Source of the DNA: an uncultured virus (IMG/VR IMGVR_UViG_3300037455_000492)
Taxonomy: Duplodnaviria; Heunggongvirae; Uroviricota; Caudoviricetes
Reading direction: 5' to 3' (one strand)
DNA: 64,000 nucleotides
IMG/VR virus record: IMGVR_UViG_3300037455_000492
Shown: in pieces, positions 1 to 8,951 of the stretch
Position numbering within the stretch: position 1 is the stretch's first letter
Layout of the letters: every line of letters starts with the position of its first letter
Notes under the pieces: generated by a model
The model's input: only the letters and a program-made list of their open reading frames with translations
The model's database searches: none
What the model was told of the DNA's origin: nothing
Position numbers and translations under genes: made by a program

Positions 1-507
1 GGTTTGCAGGGTGAACAAGGAATCCAAGGTGTTCAAGGTGAACAAGGAATCCAAGGTGTTCAAGGTGTTCAAGGCTTGCAGGGCGAACAAGGAATCCAAG
101 GTGAACAAGGAATCCAAGGTGTTCAAGGTGAACAAGGAATCCAAGGTGAACAAGGAATCCAAGGTGAACAAGGAATCCAAGGTGTTCAAGGTGAACAAGG
201 AATCCAAGGTGTTCAAGGCTTGCAGGGCGAACAAGGAATCCAAGGTGTTCAAGGTGAACAAGGAATCCAAGGTGAACAAGGAATCCAAGGTGTTCAAGGT
301 GAACAAGGAATCCAAGGTGAACAAGGAATCCAAGGTGTTCAAGGTTTGCAGGGTGAACAAGGAATCCAAGGTGTTCAAGGTTTGCAGGGTGAACAAGGCA
401 CACAAGGAATCCAAGGCGTTCAAGGCTTGCAGGGTGAACAAGGCACACAAGGAATCCAAGGTGTTCAAGGCTTGCAGGGTGAACAAGGAATCCAAGGTGT
501 TCAAGGA
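1..507 (+). repeat. Tandem array of 9-bp units (ggtgaacaa, ggaatccaa, ggtgttcaa, ggcttgcag) encoding the collagen repeat
   Basis: Directly visible in the sequence. Confidence 0.95.
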
Positions 508-615
508 GCATTTGGACCAAACAGACAGTCGGATTGGAATCAAGATGACCAAACAGCAGAAGATTACATAAAAAATAAACCAAATACAACCTCTGTAATA
601 TTTAGAGAATGGTAA
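1..615 (+). CDS. Collagen-like (G-X-Q repeat) tail fibre protein, 5' truncated by the window edge
   Basis: Uninterrupted [12 protein letters not shown] triplets followed by QSDWNQ...DYIKNKP, a motif typical of Bacteroidetes phage fibres; the frame is open from base 1. Confidence 0.8.
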   Translation, partial: GLQGEQGIQGVQGEQGIQGVQGVQGLQGEQGIQGEQGIQGVQGEQGIQGEQGIQGEQGIQGVQGEQGIQGVQGLQGEQGIQGVQGEQGIQGEQGIQGVQGEQGIQGEQGIQGVQGLQGEQGIQGVQGLQGEQGTQGIQGVQGLQGEQGTQGIQGVQGLQGEQGIQGVQGAFGPNRQSDWNQDDQTAEDYIKNKPNTTSVIFREW

Positions 616-616
616 T

Positions 617-1240
617 ATGATGTACAAAAATAACACACAGTATGACGTGCATATAGGGGGAACAACCTCTGTAATAAGACACACGAGTTTTCCTATATTT
701 GTTGAATATATAGAAAACACGGATAAAAATTGGTTTTCAATACCTATATATCAGTCGCTTGGTACTGATTATATAATAGATATGAAAATATCAATAACAC
801 ACAGCATCGAATCTACCGCTTTGTTTGTGGGGCATTATAGTGGACTTGGGTTTGCTGTCAAAAACAGAGGAGTTCATTCTGCTGGCGGCAGCATTTATAA
901 AATACCCGTTATTCTTAACCATATATATGACGTATCATTGTATAGAAATTCAGACCAATATAGATGCTGTAAATTTGGAAACTATGAAATTATTGGTAGC
1001 GTTAATAATAACATAGAAAGCCAATTGACAATTTTTCACCAATCGCAGTACAGTGCATATTATATGGGAAAGGTTTTTTGTATAAAAATACACAGAAACA
1101 ATAGTGTTATAAGTGAATTGCGTCCTTGTCTTTCTGTTGAAAGCGGACACTTGAACGAACCTGCTCTTTATGATTGTGTTGAAGATAAATATTATTATAA
1201 TCAAGGTAGCGGCACATTTGCCGTTGGAAATAGAATATAA
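617..1240 (+). CDS. Tail-fibre-associated hypothetical protein (beta-rich)
   Basis: 207-aa ORF between fibre genes; C-terminal ALYDCVEDKYYYNQGSGTF resembles phage tail domains. Confidence 0.5.
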   Translation: MMYKNNTQYDVHIGGTTSVIRHTSFPIFVEYIENTDKNWFSIPIYQSLGTDYIIDMKISITHSIESTALFVGHYSGLGFAVKNRGVHSAGGSIYKIPVILNHIYDVSLYRNSDQYRCCKFGNYEIIGSVNNNIESQLTIFHQSQYSAYYMGKVFCIKIHRNNSVISELRPCLSVESGHLNEPALYDCVEDKYYYNQGSGTFAVGNRI

Positions 1241-1247
1241 ACAAAAT

Positions 1248-3197
1248 ATGCCGACAGATGTTACATTAAGCGAACTTATACTGAATATATTGTCAAATGC
1301 ACAATATGAGTCAATACAAAACCCGTCAGCGGACGAACTGTATCTTACACCGAATATGATTGATTCTACACCAATTGGCGGTAGCGGAAATCCCGTTATG
1401 TCGGGCGGCGTTTATGATGCAATACACACAAAAGGTCTTTCCGAATTGTTGGATGTTTCTGTTCAAGATTTATCGGAAAATGATATTTTATCATTCAATA
1501 CGCAACAAAACAAATGGGCGAATAAGGTTCTTAAAACAATAAACAGCGAATCTTTGTTTGGTTCTGGAAACATTCTGATAAACCAAGATTTTACAAAAGT
1601 TCAATCATTGTCGTCCAATATCAATATGAGTGATGTGTATGACGGTGTTTCCTGCAACAACTCGAATGTGATGTTCAATACGTCAAACTCATATACAATA
1701 ACGGTTGACTCTTTTGCGGGTCACGACAATTTTTTTGTTTTGAAAAACAATTCGCAATCTGTTGTGAATATAACTTTTGACTTTACATCGCAGGCAATAT
1801 CAGCAATTGTCGGCAGTGGCGGAACTGTTGTTGGTAGTGCGCTTGTTATACCGATTCCCGCTGGTTCCATAACGCAGTTGTCGTATAGGGTGATTGGTCA
1901 CGACTACGTGTCTTATTTTGCAAAAACAGTTAGAATAAAGGGTGTTCTCGTAGAGGAGAGTGTTTTGGACGATGACGCGGTAGCCCTTGTGTTCAAGAAC
2001 GATTCAACGGGCGATTTGAGATTTTTCGACATAGATGACGCTGCAATCTACCCGCCCGTGTTCAGCGGCTACACAATCCAACCTTATGTAAGGTTCACCC
2101 GTAATAAGAACAGTAAAAGCGTTGTGATTCATAAATCTTCAGTTGATAGAATATGGGGTGAATTTAACAGATATCGTCTGTATTGTGATACAAATTCCAA
2201 TGGAGCATTCAATTGGAATGTAACGATAAACGGAACTGCGAAAAGCGGCTCGGTTTCTTGGTCTGCGGGGGACACATTGGATAGTATAGTAACCCAACTA
2301 AACAGTGGTGCTGTGCAAACATATTTGGTGTTTAGTCATAATGTCAATGATAATTTCATCCGCATCGTGAAGGGTGGATATTCGAGTTCTGTATTCACGC
2401 TTTCCAATGTCTCAAACGCAACGCTCGATGACTTGAGCCTCTACACGAGGATAAACGGGGTTCAGCAGACCGAATCCCATAGGGAGTGGCAGGCGCAGAC
2501 TGTGGAGTCTATGTTTCCGAACAGCGGATTCCTCCCCGCCAATACCGCGCAATACGCACAAAACGGATACAACCTCTCGTACAGATGCGGTGCTAACCTC
2601 GCAAAATACAAGTCCTATTGGCGCACCAACGGCAGCGCGTCCTATGTCGCAGAAAGCAGTGTCGGCAGGATGAGCGAGGCGGGATTCAACAGTCTAAACG
2701 GTGACGGTGTTTCAAGCCATCAAGCCCTCTATGACAAGTATCAAGGCTCTTGGGACAACTATATGGAGGCGGGTATGGTTCAGACAGACGACACCCATAC
2801 GGGAGGCATAGAATACCAATCCTACGACAACGGTGACGTGCAGAACGCATTCCTCGCCTCCGTTGAGACGATGACTTTTGACGGCTCGTATGTCCGCGCC
2901 TTCCCCGCAGCCTACGCAGCCGCGTCAGTCGCGGATTCAGACCTCGGCGCGTTCCATCTTCCAACGAACCACGAGATTGCCGTGTTTATGCGTGACGATG
3001 TAATGGCTAAAATAAACACTGCGTTCTCCTATCTGTCTTCCGCCAATGCGTTGAGCAACGGGGGATATTATTGGTCTGTTGCCCAGTATTCGAGTTACAG
3101 CAGTTGGTTCTACTACGGCCCCTCTGGTGAATTGACTTACTACTACAAGTACAGCACTTACTCGGCCCGCGCGTTGGCTTACCTACCCCTCTCTTGA
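1248..3197 (+). CDS. DGR target protein, probable receptor-binding/tail fibre protein with C-terminal C-type-lectin-like variable domain
   Basis: ATG at 1248; C-terminus LPT..EI...YYWSVAQY...SARAL carries the VR. Confidence 0.9.
   Translation: MPTDVTLSELILNILSNAQYESIQNPSADELYLTPNMIDSTPIGGSGNPVMSGGVYDAIHTKGLSELLDVSVQDLSENDILSFNTQQNKWANKVLKTINSESLFGSGNILINQDFTKVQSLSSNINMSDVYDGVSCNNSNVMFNTSNSYTITVDSFAGHDNFFVLKNNSQSVVNITFDFTSQAISAIVGSGGTVVGSALVIPIPAGSITQLSYRVIGHDYVSYFAKTVRIKGVLVEESVLDDDAVALVFKNDSTGDLRFFDIDDAAIYPPVFSGYTIQPYVRFTRNKNSKSVVIHKSSVDRIWGEFNRYRLYCDTNSNGAFNWNVTINGTAKSGSVSWSAGDTLDSIVTQLNSGAVQTYLVFSHNVNDNFIRIVKGGYSSSVFTLSNVSNATLDDLSLYTRINGVQQTESHREWQAQTVESMFPNSGFLPANTAQYAQNGYNLSYRCGANLAKYKSYWRTNGSASYVAESSVGRMSEAGFNSLNGDGVSSHQALYDKYQGSWDNYMEAGMVQTDDTHTGGIEYQSYDNGDVQNAFLASVETMTFDGSYVRAFPAAYAAASVADSDLGAFHLPTNHEIAVFMRDDVMAKINTAFSYLSSANALSNGGYYWSVAQYSSYSSWFYYGPSGELTYYYKYSTYSARALAYLPLS
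3070..3181 (+). repeat. DGR variable repeat (VR), 112 bp
   Basis: Ungapped match to 3762-3873 with 15 mismatches, all at TR adenines. Confidence 0.97.
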
Positions 3198-3200
3198 TTC

Positions 3201-3245
3201 TTGTCCGATTTTGGCGACCGACCGCTGTCGGTCGGTCGCGGACAA
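3201..3245 (+). promoter_or_regulatory. GC-rich hairpin/cruciform downstream of the VR (DGR homing element)
   Basis: gcgaccgaccg (3214-3224), loop ctgt, cggtcggtcgc (3229-3239): perfect 11-bp stem; outer ttgtcc/ggacaa also pair. Confidence 0.85.
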
Positions 3246-3270
3246 TTTTTGAATAAAATATAATAAATAT

Positions 3271-3741
3271 ATGTCAGAAAAGAAAATAACAGATTTTACC
3301 ATAATTAGAAGTCTTACACTATTTGAAGTTGATGTTTACAGATTATTTGACAATGTGCCAAAGAAATTTAAATTTAATTTAATTGAACAAACAAAAAATC
3401 TTATAGGTTCTGTAATTGTATTGACGGTAAAGGCTATGGAAACCCCGCCGCTTGACAATTCATTGATTGCTGTAAAACGAAATTTGCTGATTGAAGCGCA
3501 GTCGGAATTGCACGCGGTTGAAGTTAGGTTATCAACTTTGAATGATTTGATGGGTATAAGCAATGAAGCGAAAGCAAGGCTTGACATATATTTGTATGAT
3601 ACATATAGAAATTTCTCACGTCTCATAAACTCATTTAATAGGAGACTAAATGTGTCAGACGTTCAAAACTGCGGTTTTGACGCAGAACCCGATAATATAA
3701 GGATGCCAAACTGCACATTGAAAGGAATATTGGATGTGTAG
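3271..3741 (+). CDS. avd: DGR accessory variability determinant (Avd-like four-helix bundle)
   Basis: 156-aa helical protein with PKKFKFNLIEQ motif, located between target and TR/RT. Confidence 0.8.
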   Translation: MSEKKITDFTIIRSLTLFEVDVYRLFDNVPKKFKFNLIEQTKNLIGSVIVLTVKAMETPPLDNSLIAVKRNLLIEAQSELHAVEVRLSTLNDLMGISNEAKARLDIYLYDTYRNFSRLINSFNRRLNVSDVQNCGFDAEPDNIRMPNCTLKGILDV

Positions 3742-5149
3742 TCAGTTCTCTATTGGCAAGCATTGGTCTGTTGCCCAGTATTCGAGTAACAACAGTTGGT
3801 TATACAACGGCAACAATGGTGAATTGAATAACAACAACAAGTACAACACTAACTCGGCCCGCGCGTTGGATTATAATATTTGGGATTACGCTGGACGTGA
3901 GGATTTTCTATTATTACTGTATGAATTTTATGATGCTTATTATGTATGCAGGACAAACAAAAGAAGCAAGAGTTCACAGTTGAATTTTGAATATCATTTT
4001 GCTGAATATTTTATACATCTTGTAATTTCCGTTTATACAAATGAATACATACCTTCAGAAGCAATAGCGTTTATTATTGACAATCCAAGGATTCGTGAAG
4101 TTATTGCAGCGTTTTTCGGTGACAGAATTGTGCAAACTTGGTATGTTTCAAAAATGTTGCCGCATCTTGAAAAAGATTGGTTTGACGATGATTCATATTC
4201 TTGCAGGGTTGGTAAAGGAGGATTGAGGGCTGCATTGAAATTAAAGGAATATATAAAAGAAGAAAGTTGCAATTATGCCTTTAAATGCTATGTGGTAAAA
4301 AGAGATTTACGTGCATTTTTTATGAGCATAGACCCGAAAATCCTTGAAGAAAAACTTGTTGATTTTATTTGGGAGCATTTTGATACAGATGAGAAATTGA
4401 GAAATATGCTATGTTATGTGACACGAATAATATATTGCGGATTTCCTCAAGAACATTGTATTATAAAGTCACACCCGCTTGCTTGGAAAAAACTTGAATA
4501 TCGTAAAAGTATGTTTGGAAAAGTGATAGGGCTTCCTATAGGCAACATAACAAGTCAAATGGCTGCTAACTTTATAACAACCTTTTATCTTGACATACTT
4601 CGTAAAATGGGTTATAAATTTGTTCATTATACTGATGATACGGCAATAGTGGTAAAAGATATTAAGAAATGGAATAATGATTCAAAAATAATTGAAAAAT
4701 ACATATCTGAAGAATTGCATTTAGAGTGGCATCCGCATAAAATATATTGTCAAGACATAAGCAAGGGTGTTGAATTTCTTGGATATAAAATAAGGTATGA
4801 CAGAATGCTTCCCTCGGACAGAATAGCACATAATTATATATGGACAACCGAATGTGCTGTTGAACGATATATGAATAAGACATTTGTGAACTATGCCGAC
4901 AAATTGCATTTTATGCAATCGTTTAACAGTTATGGCGGATTGTTGAAGTGGTGTAATTCACATAGATTAACGGAAAGGGCGGTGAATGCCATAAAAGAAT
5001 CACCAATAACAGATATATACGATATTGAATCGAATTATAAAATACAGATACGGAACAAAGAATCAAAAATGAATTATTATAAATATATGAACAAGACAAG
5101 AAAATCAAACTTGATAAAACATTCAAAGAAGTATGAAAAAGATTTCTGA
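3734..5149 (+). CDS. DGR reverse transcriptase (start uncertain; the TR lies in frame in the 5' end)
   Basis: PRIREVIAA.F.DRIVQ, SYSCRVGKG, DLRAFFMSID, GLPIGNITSQ, YTDD and GVEFLGY motifs. Confidence 0.95.
   Translation: MCSQFSIGKHWSVAQYSSNNSWLYNGNNGELNNNNKYNTNSARALDYNIWDYAGREDFLLLLYEFYDAYYVCRTNKRSKSSQLNFEYHFAEYFIHLVISVYTNEYIPSEAIAFIIDNPRIREVIAAFFGDRIVQTWYVSKMLPHLEKDWFDDDSYSCRVGKGGLRAALKLKEYIKEESCNYAFKCYVVKRDLRAFFMSIDPKILEEKLVDFIWEHFDTDEKLRNMLCYVTRIIYCGFPQEHCIIKSHPLAWKKLEYRKSMFGKVIGLPIGNITSQMAANFITTFYLDILRKMGYKFVHYTDDTAIVVKDIKKWNNDSKIIEKYISEELHLEWHPHKIYCQDISKGVEFLGYKIRYDRMLPSDRIAHNYIWTTECAVERYMNKTFVNYADKLHFMQSFNSYGGLLKWCNSHRLTERAVNAIKESPITDIYDIESNYKIQIRNKESKMNYYKYMNKTRKSNLIKHSKKYEKDF
3762..3873 (+). 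ncRNA. DGR template repeat (TR)
   Basis: AAC/AAT-rich copy of the VR with 11 AAY codons. Confidence 0.95.
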
Positions 5150-5882
5150 AAATAAACCGTCAAATATTGAATTTACAGCAAATAATGAAACCATATTCAA
5201 TTGGAACATTATGCCAATTGAAGGAGGTTTTGAATACGATTCGATACTTTGTGCAGGAGAACCTACACGTTACAATATACTTCGCTCTTTGTTGGGTGAG
5301 ATATACACACAAGAACAACTTGATTATTTCGGTGGAAGTGAACATTCTGTAATCGACCAAGAAACACAAGACTTTTTGGATTATAACAATGACTATAATT
5401 TATACAACAGTATAATATCCGATGAACTTGGTGTTGAATTTGACCATTATGATTTTGAAACGTCTTCATTTTCTTATTCTGAATCGGAAAATGACAATAC
5501 TGTTTCAATAGAGCAGGTAAGAGCCAATAAAATATACGAGATAGAGGCGTATGATGTTTCGGATAATGTCAATGGGTTCTTTTACAATGGCCAGTTTATG
5601 TGGCTTGACCGAATAACCCGTGCAGTTCTTGCAAATACAATAAATTCCGCCGAACTTCTTGGAGAGAAAACAATAAATATATGGTATAAGGATACTGTTT
5701 GTGTGAACATAGGCATCGAAAATGCAAAAATGCTTCTTGCATCACTCGAAATGTATGCCACAGCGTGTTATAACATAACAGCAAACCATAAATCTGCTGT
5801 AAGAAATATGAATGATATAGATTCAATAATGTCGTTTGACGTGACAGCAGATTATCCAAACAGACTTGAATTTAATATTTAA
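5133..5882 (+). CDS. DUF4376-like tail fibre assembly/chaperone protein
   Basis: C-terminal FFYNGQFMWLD...LEMYATACYN.TA.HK.AV...DYPNRLEF pattern; follows the fibre/DGR cluster. Confidence 0.6.
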   Translation: MKKISENKPSNIEFTANNETIFNWNIMPIEGGFEYDSILCAGEPTRYNILRSLLGEIYTQEQLDYFGGSEHSVIDQETQDFLDYNNDYNLYNSIISDELGVEFDHYDFETSSFSYSESENDNTVSIEQVRANKIYEIEAYDVSDNVNGFFYNGQFMWLDRITRAVLANTINSAELLGEKTINIWYKDTVCVNIGIENAKMLLASLEMYATACYNITANHKSAVRNMNDIDSIMSFDVTADYPNRLEFNI

Positions 5883-5902
5883 CATACAATATTGTTGTCA
5901 TT

Positions 5903-6580
5903 ATGGCAATTCAGATACAAACACTTCACGATTTGTTTTGGTCATCAATTGATTCTTATATCAATATGGGTGATATTGACGTTATAAAAAGCGATATGGT
6001 TCGTGAAGATGCGTTTGCACCGCATTTGTGGGAATATTTTGATATTTTTAATTTTGGAACAGATGAGGGTTTATATCCATATTTTGACACAGAATGTTGT
6101 TCTTTTGTTGGAATACGACAAAATAGTGAAAATTTATGTGAGTTTATAGGAATATTGCCTTTTACATATCATATAAATTTTGGTGATGAAAACAGAGGTA
6201 TTCTTGTTGATAATTGGGATTATGCTATGGATAGTGGAAATGTTGAAAAAGTTGCGTTCAATACAATAAAAAATTTGGATGTTACTGATATTTTTTCGCC
6301 ATTTGAAAACTATGTTTATCAAGATATATGTTCAAACGGTGATTTTATAGCAATTCCATTACATTGTAGTATGCAAGGAGATTCACAAACAATACAAGGT
6401 ATAACTGATATGTGGAACACTTATTTGAAAACGCCGATTGAATATCTTATAGAGGCTTTTATATTGGCTATGTCTGGTTATCCAATTTCTATACAAAGTG
6501 ACCGCTTGAATTTAATAAAACGCATTACACAAACATCAAAAATATTCGATACGTTCACATTTAAATACCACAATCAATAA
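5903..6580 (+). CDS. Hypothetical protein, paralog of the N-terminal domain of 14741-16108
   Basis: Shared collinear blocks TLH.L, D.FAP.L, G.[LI]PF...INF, DY..DS...E..A, NGD...IP. Confidence 0.6.
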   Translation: MAIQIQTLHDLFWSSIDSYINMGDIDVIKSDMVREDAFAPHLWEYFDIFNFGTDEGLYPYFDTECCSFVGIRQNSENLCEFIGILPFTYHINFGDENRGILVDNWDYAMDSGNVEKVAFNTIKNLDVTDIFSPFENYVYQDICSNGDFIAIPLHCSMQGDSQTIQGITDMWNTYLKTPIEYLIEAFILAMSGYPISIQSDRLNLIKRITQTSKIFDTFTFKYHNQ

Positions 6581-6605
6581 ATACACGCTATTATTTACGA
6601 TAACG

Positions 6606-6630
6606 AAAGCCCGATAAAATGTCGGGCTTT
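6606..6630. terminator. Rho-independent terminator
   Basis: aaagcccga...tcgggcttt followed by a T-run; a near-identical stem occurs at 14704-14730. Confidence 0.75.
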
Positions 6631-6697
6631 TTTATTTTGCGGGCGTTTATTTTTTCCGAAATTTTATTATATATTATAGTGAATAAGTATTTGTAAT

Positions 6698-7438
6698 ATG
6701 GAACTGTATAACGGCGATTGCATAGATATAATGAAAGACATACCAAGCGGCAGCGTGGATATGGTGCTGTGTGATTTGCCATACGGCACTACACAGAACA
6801 AATGGGATGCCGTCATTCCGTTTGACTTGCTGTGGGAGCAGTACAACCGTGTGACAAAGGTATCAGCAGCCATTGTTCTGTTCGCGCAGGGTGTGTTCTA
6901 TGCAGACCTTGTTCACTCCAACAGAAAGAATTTTCGATACGACCTTGTGTGGGATAAAATGCTTAAAGGCGGGTTCTTGAACGCAAAGGTTATGCCGATG
7001 CGCATACACGAGCAGATTGCTGTGTTTTATAGAAAGAAACCCGTTTACAATCCGCAGAAGACAAAAGGCAAACCGAATCACACGAAAGGTACGGCTATAT
7101 TCACGAAAGGTGAGACCAACAACAACTACGGTAAATACAACCCCGTTGAAACTGACGTGAATGACGATATGAAATATCCGAAAACCATACTGTCGTTCCA
7201 AAAACCTCATCCGAGTGTTTCGGTTCATCCTACACAGAAGCCCGTTGAGTTGCTTGAATATCTCATAAGGACATTCACAAACGAGGGTGACACAGTGTTG
7301 GACAATACAATGGGTAGCGGCAGCACGGGTGTAGCCTGCGTGAATACTAATCGAAATTTTATAGGCATAGAGAAAGATACAAATTATTTTGAAATAGCGA
7401 AAAAGAGAATAGAAGAATCAAATAAAAAATTGTTCTGA
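6698..7438 (+). CDS. DNA methyltransferase, N6A/N4C beta class (copy 1)
   Basis: DLPY motif IV, HPTQKP, DNTMGSGSTG motif I. Confidence 0.93.
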   Translation: MELYNGDCIDIMKDIPSGSVDMVLCDLPYGTTQNKWDAVIPFDLLWEQYNRVTKVSAAIVLFAQGVFYADLVHSNRKNFRYDLVWDKMLKGGFLNAKVMPMRIHEQIAVFYRKKPVYNPQKTKGKPNHTKGTAIFTKGETNNNYGKYNPVETDVNDDMKYPKTILSFQKPHPSVSVHPTQKPVELLEYLIRTFTNEGDTVLDNTMGSGSTGVACVNTNRNFIGIEKDTNYFEIAKKRIEESNKKLF

Positions 7439-7439
7439 T

Positions 7440-8195
7440 ATGGTGAATTTGATGAAGGGCGATTGTCTTGAACTTATGAAAAGCATTCCGAGCGGGAGTG
7501 TTGATATGATACTGTGCGATTTGCCGTATGGTACTACAACCTGCGCTTGGGATAATGTCATACCGTTTGAGCCTTTGTGGGAAGAATATGAACGTTTGAT
7601 AAAAAGCAATGGTGCAATTGTACTGTTCGGTCAAGAACCGTTCAGTTCTATGCTTCGCGTGTCCAACATAAAACTTTACAAATATGATTGGATATGGAAC
7701 AAAACTATGTCCCCGAATTTTATGATGGCTAAATATGCGCCATTGAAAACAACAGAACTCATATCTGTTTTTTCAAAGGGCGGGATAAACCAAAACACTA
7801 AAAATAAAATGGTGTATTATCCGCAGGGTGTTGTGAAATGCGACAAGGATGTTGAATCAAAAGTGAAGTCTGACGGCGTGAATAGATATAACAAACTGTC
7901 AAACAAGCACAAGCAGACACAGACCAATTATCCGAAGAACGTATTGACATTTGGCGTTGAACGGGGTCTCCATCCGACACAGAAACCCGTGAAATTATTG
8001 GAATATCTGATACGGACATACACGCTTGAGGGTGAAATTGTTTTGGATAACACGATGGGCAGCGGCTCTACGGGTGTAGCCTGCGTGAAGTCAAACCGTG
8101 ATTTTATCGGTATTGAACTTGACGAAAACTATTTCAACATAGCAAAGGAAAGGATTGACAACACATTTGTCGAAAAGGAAAAGGCGTTATTCTAA
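7440..8195 (+). CDS. DNA methyltransferase, beta class (copy 2)
   Basis: DLPY, HPTQKP, DNTMGSGSTG. Confidence 0.93.
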   Translation: MVNLMKGDCLELMKSIPSGSVDMILCDLPYGTTTCAWDNVIPFEPLWEEYERLIKSNGAIVLFGQEPFSSMLRVSNIKLYKYDWIWNKTMSPNFMMAKYAPLKTTELISVFSKGGINQNTKNKMVYYPQGVVKCDKDVESKVKSDGVNRYNKLSNKHKQTQTNYPKNVLTFGVERGLHPTQKPVKLLEYLIRTYTLEGEIVLDNTMGSGSTGVACVKSNRDFIGIELDENYFNIAKERIDNTFVEKEKALF

Positions 8196-8938
8196 TGAAC
8201 GACATCAGACTATATAACGGGGATTGCCTTGAAGTTATGGCGGGTTTGGAAGAGCATAGCGTTGACTGCGTTATATGCGACCTTCCATATGGCATAACGA
8301 GTAACAAGTGGGATATTGTCATACCCTTTGACAAACTGTGGGAATCGTATGACAGAGTGTGCAAGGAAAACGCTATGATATGTTTGTTCGGCGGGCAACC
8401 GTTTTCGTCAATGCTTGTTATGTCGAACTTGAAGATGTTTCGTCACGAGTGGATTTGGATTAAGAACAGAGGAAGCAACTTCGCGAATACTGTGAGAGAG
8501 CCTATGAAAGAACACGAAAGCATATTGTGTTTCTCGAAAGGCAAATGGACTTACAACAAGCAGATGCAGGAGCGCACGGGCGGGGGTGCTGACCGTGTTA
8601 AGTACAGCATATCGTTTGACACTTCATCATCGAACTACCGTGACTTTGACAAAAAGGAAAACCTTGTGCTTACGGAGGAACGTGTGCCGTCATCATACCA
8701 AAAGTTCAATACGGAAGTTGGGTTGCACCCGACACAGAAACCCGTTGCGCTGCTTGAATATATGATACGGACATACACCAATGAGGGCGACACTGTAATG
8801 GACAATACGATGGGCAGCGGCTCTACGGGTGTAGCCTGCGCCAACACGGACAGAAATTTTATAGGCATAGAGAAAGATACTAATTATTTTAAAATAGCGA
8901 AAAAGAGAATAGAGGAATCAAATAAAAAATTGTTCTGA
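8195..8938 (+). CDS. DNA methyltransferase, beta class (copy 3)
   Basis: DLPY, HPTQKP, DNTMGSGSTG. Confidence 0.93.
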   Translation: MNDIRLYNGDCLEVMAGLEEHSVDCVICDLPYGITSNKWDIVIPFDKLWESYDRVCKENAMICLFGGQPFSSMLVMSNLKMFRHEWIWIKNRGSNFANTVREPMKEHESILCFSKGKWTYNKQMQERTGGGADRVKYSISFDTSSSNYRDFDKKENLVLTEERVPSSYQKFNTEVGLHPTQKPVALLEYMIRTYTNEGDTVMDNTMGSGSTGVACANTDRNFIGIEKDTNYFKIAKKRIEESNKKLF

Positions 8939-8951
8939 AATTAAATTTGAA

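Noticed and set aside
11..571. Alternative-frame ORF (NKESKVFKV repeats)
   Set aside because: Shadow of the 9-bp collagen repeat
3734..5149. RT as a group II intron maturase or retron
   Set aside because: The TR/VR pair, Avd and the LPIGN.TSQ motif identify a DGR; no maturase or endonuclease domain seen
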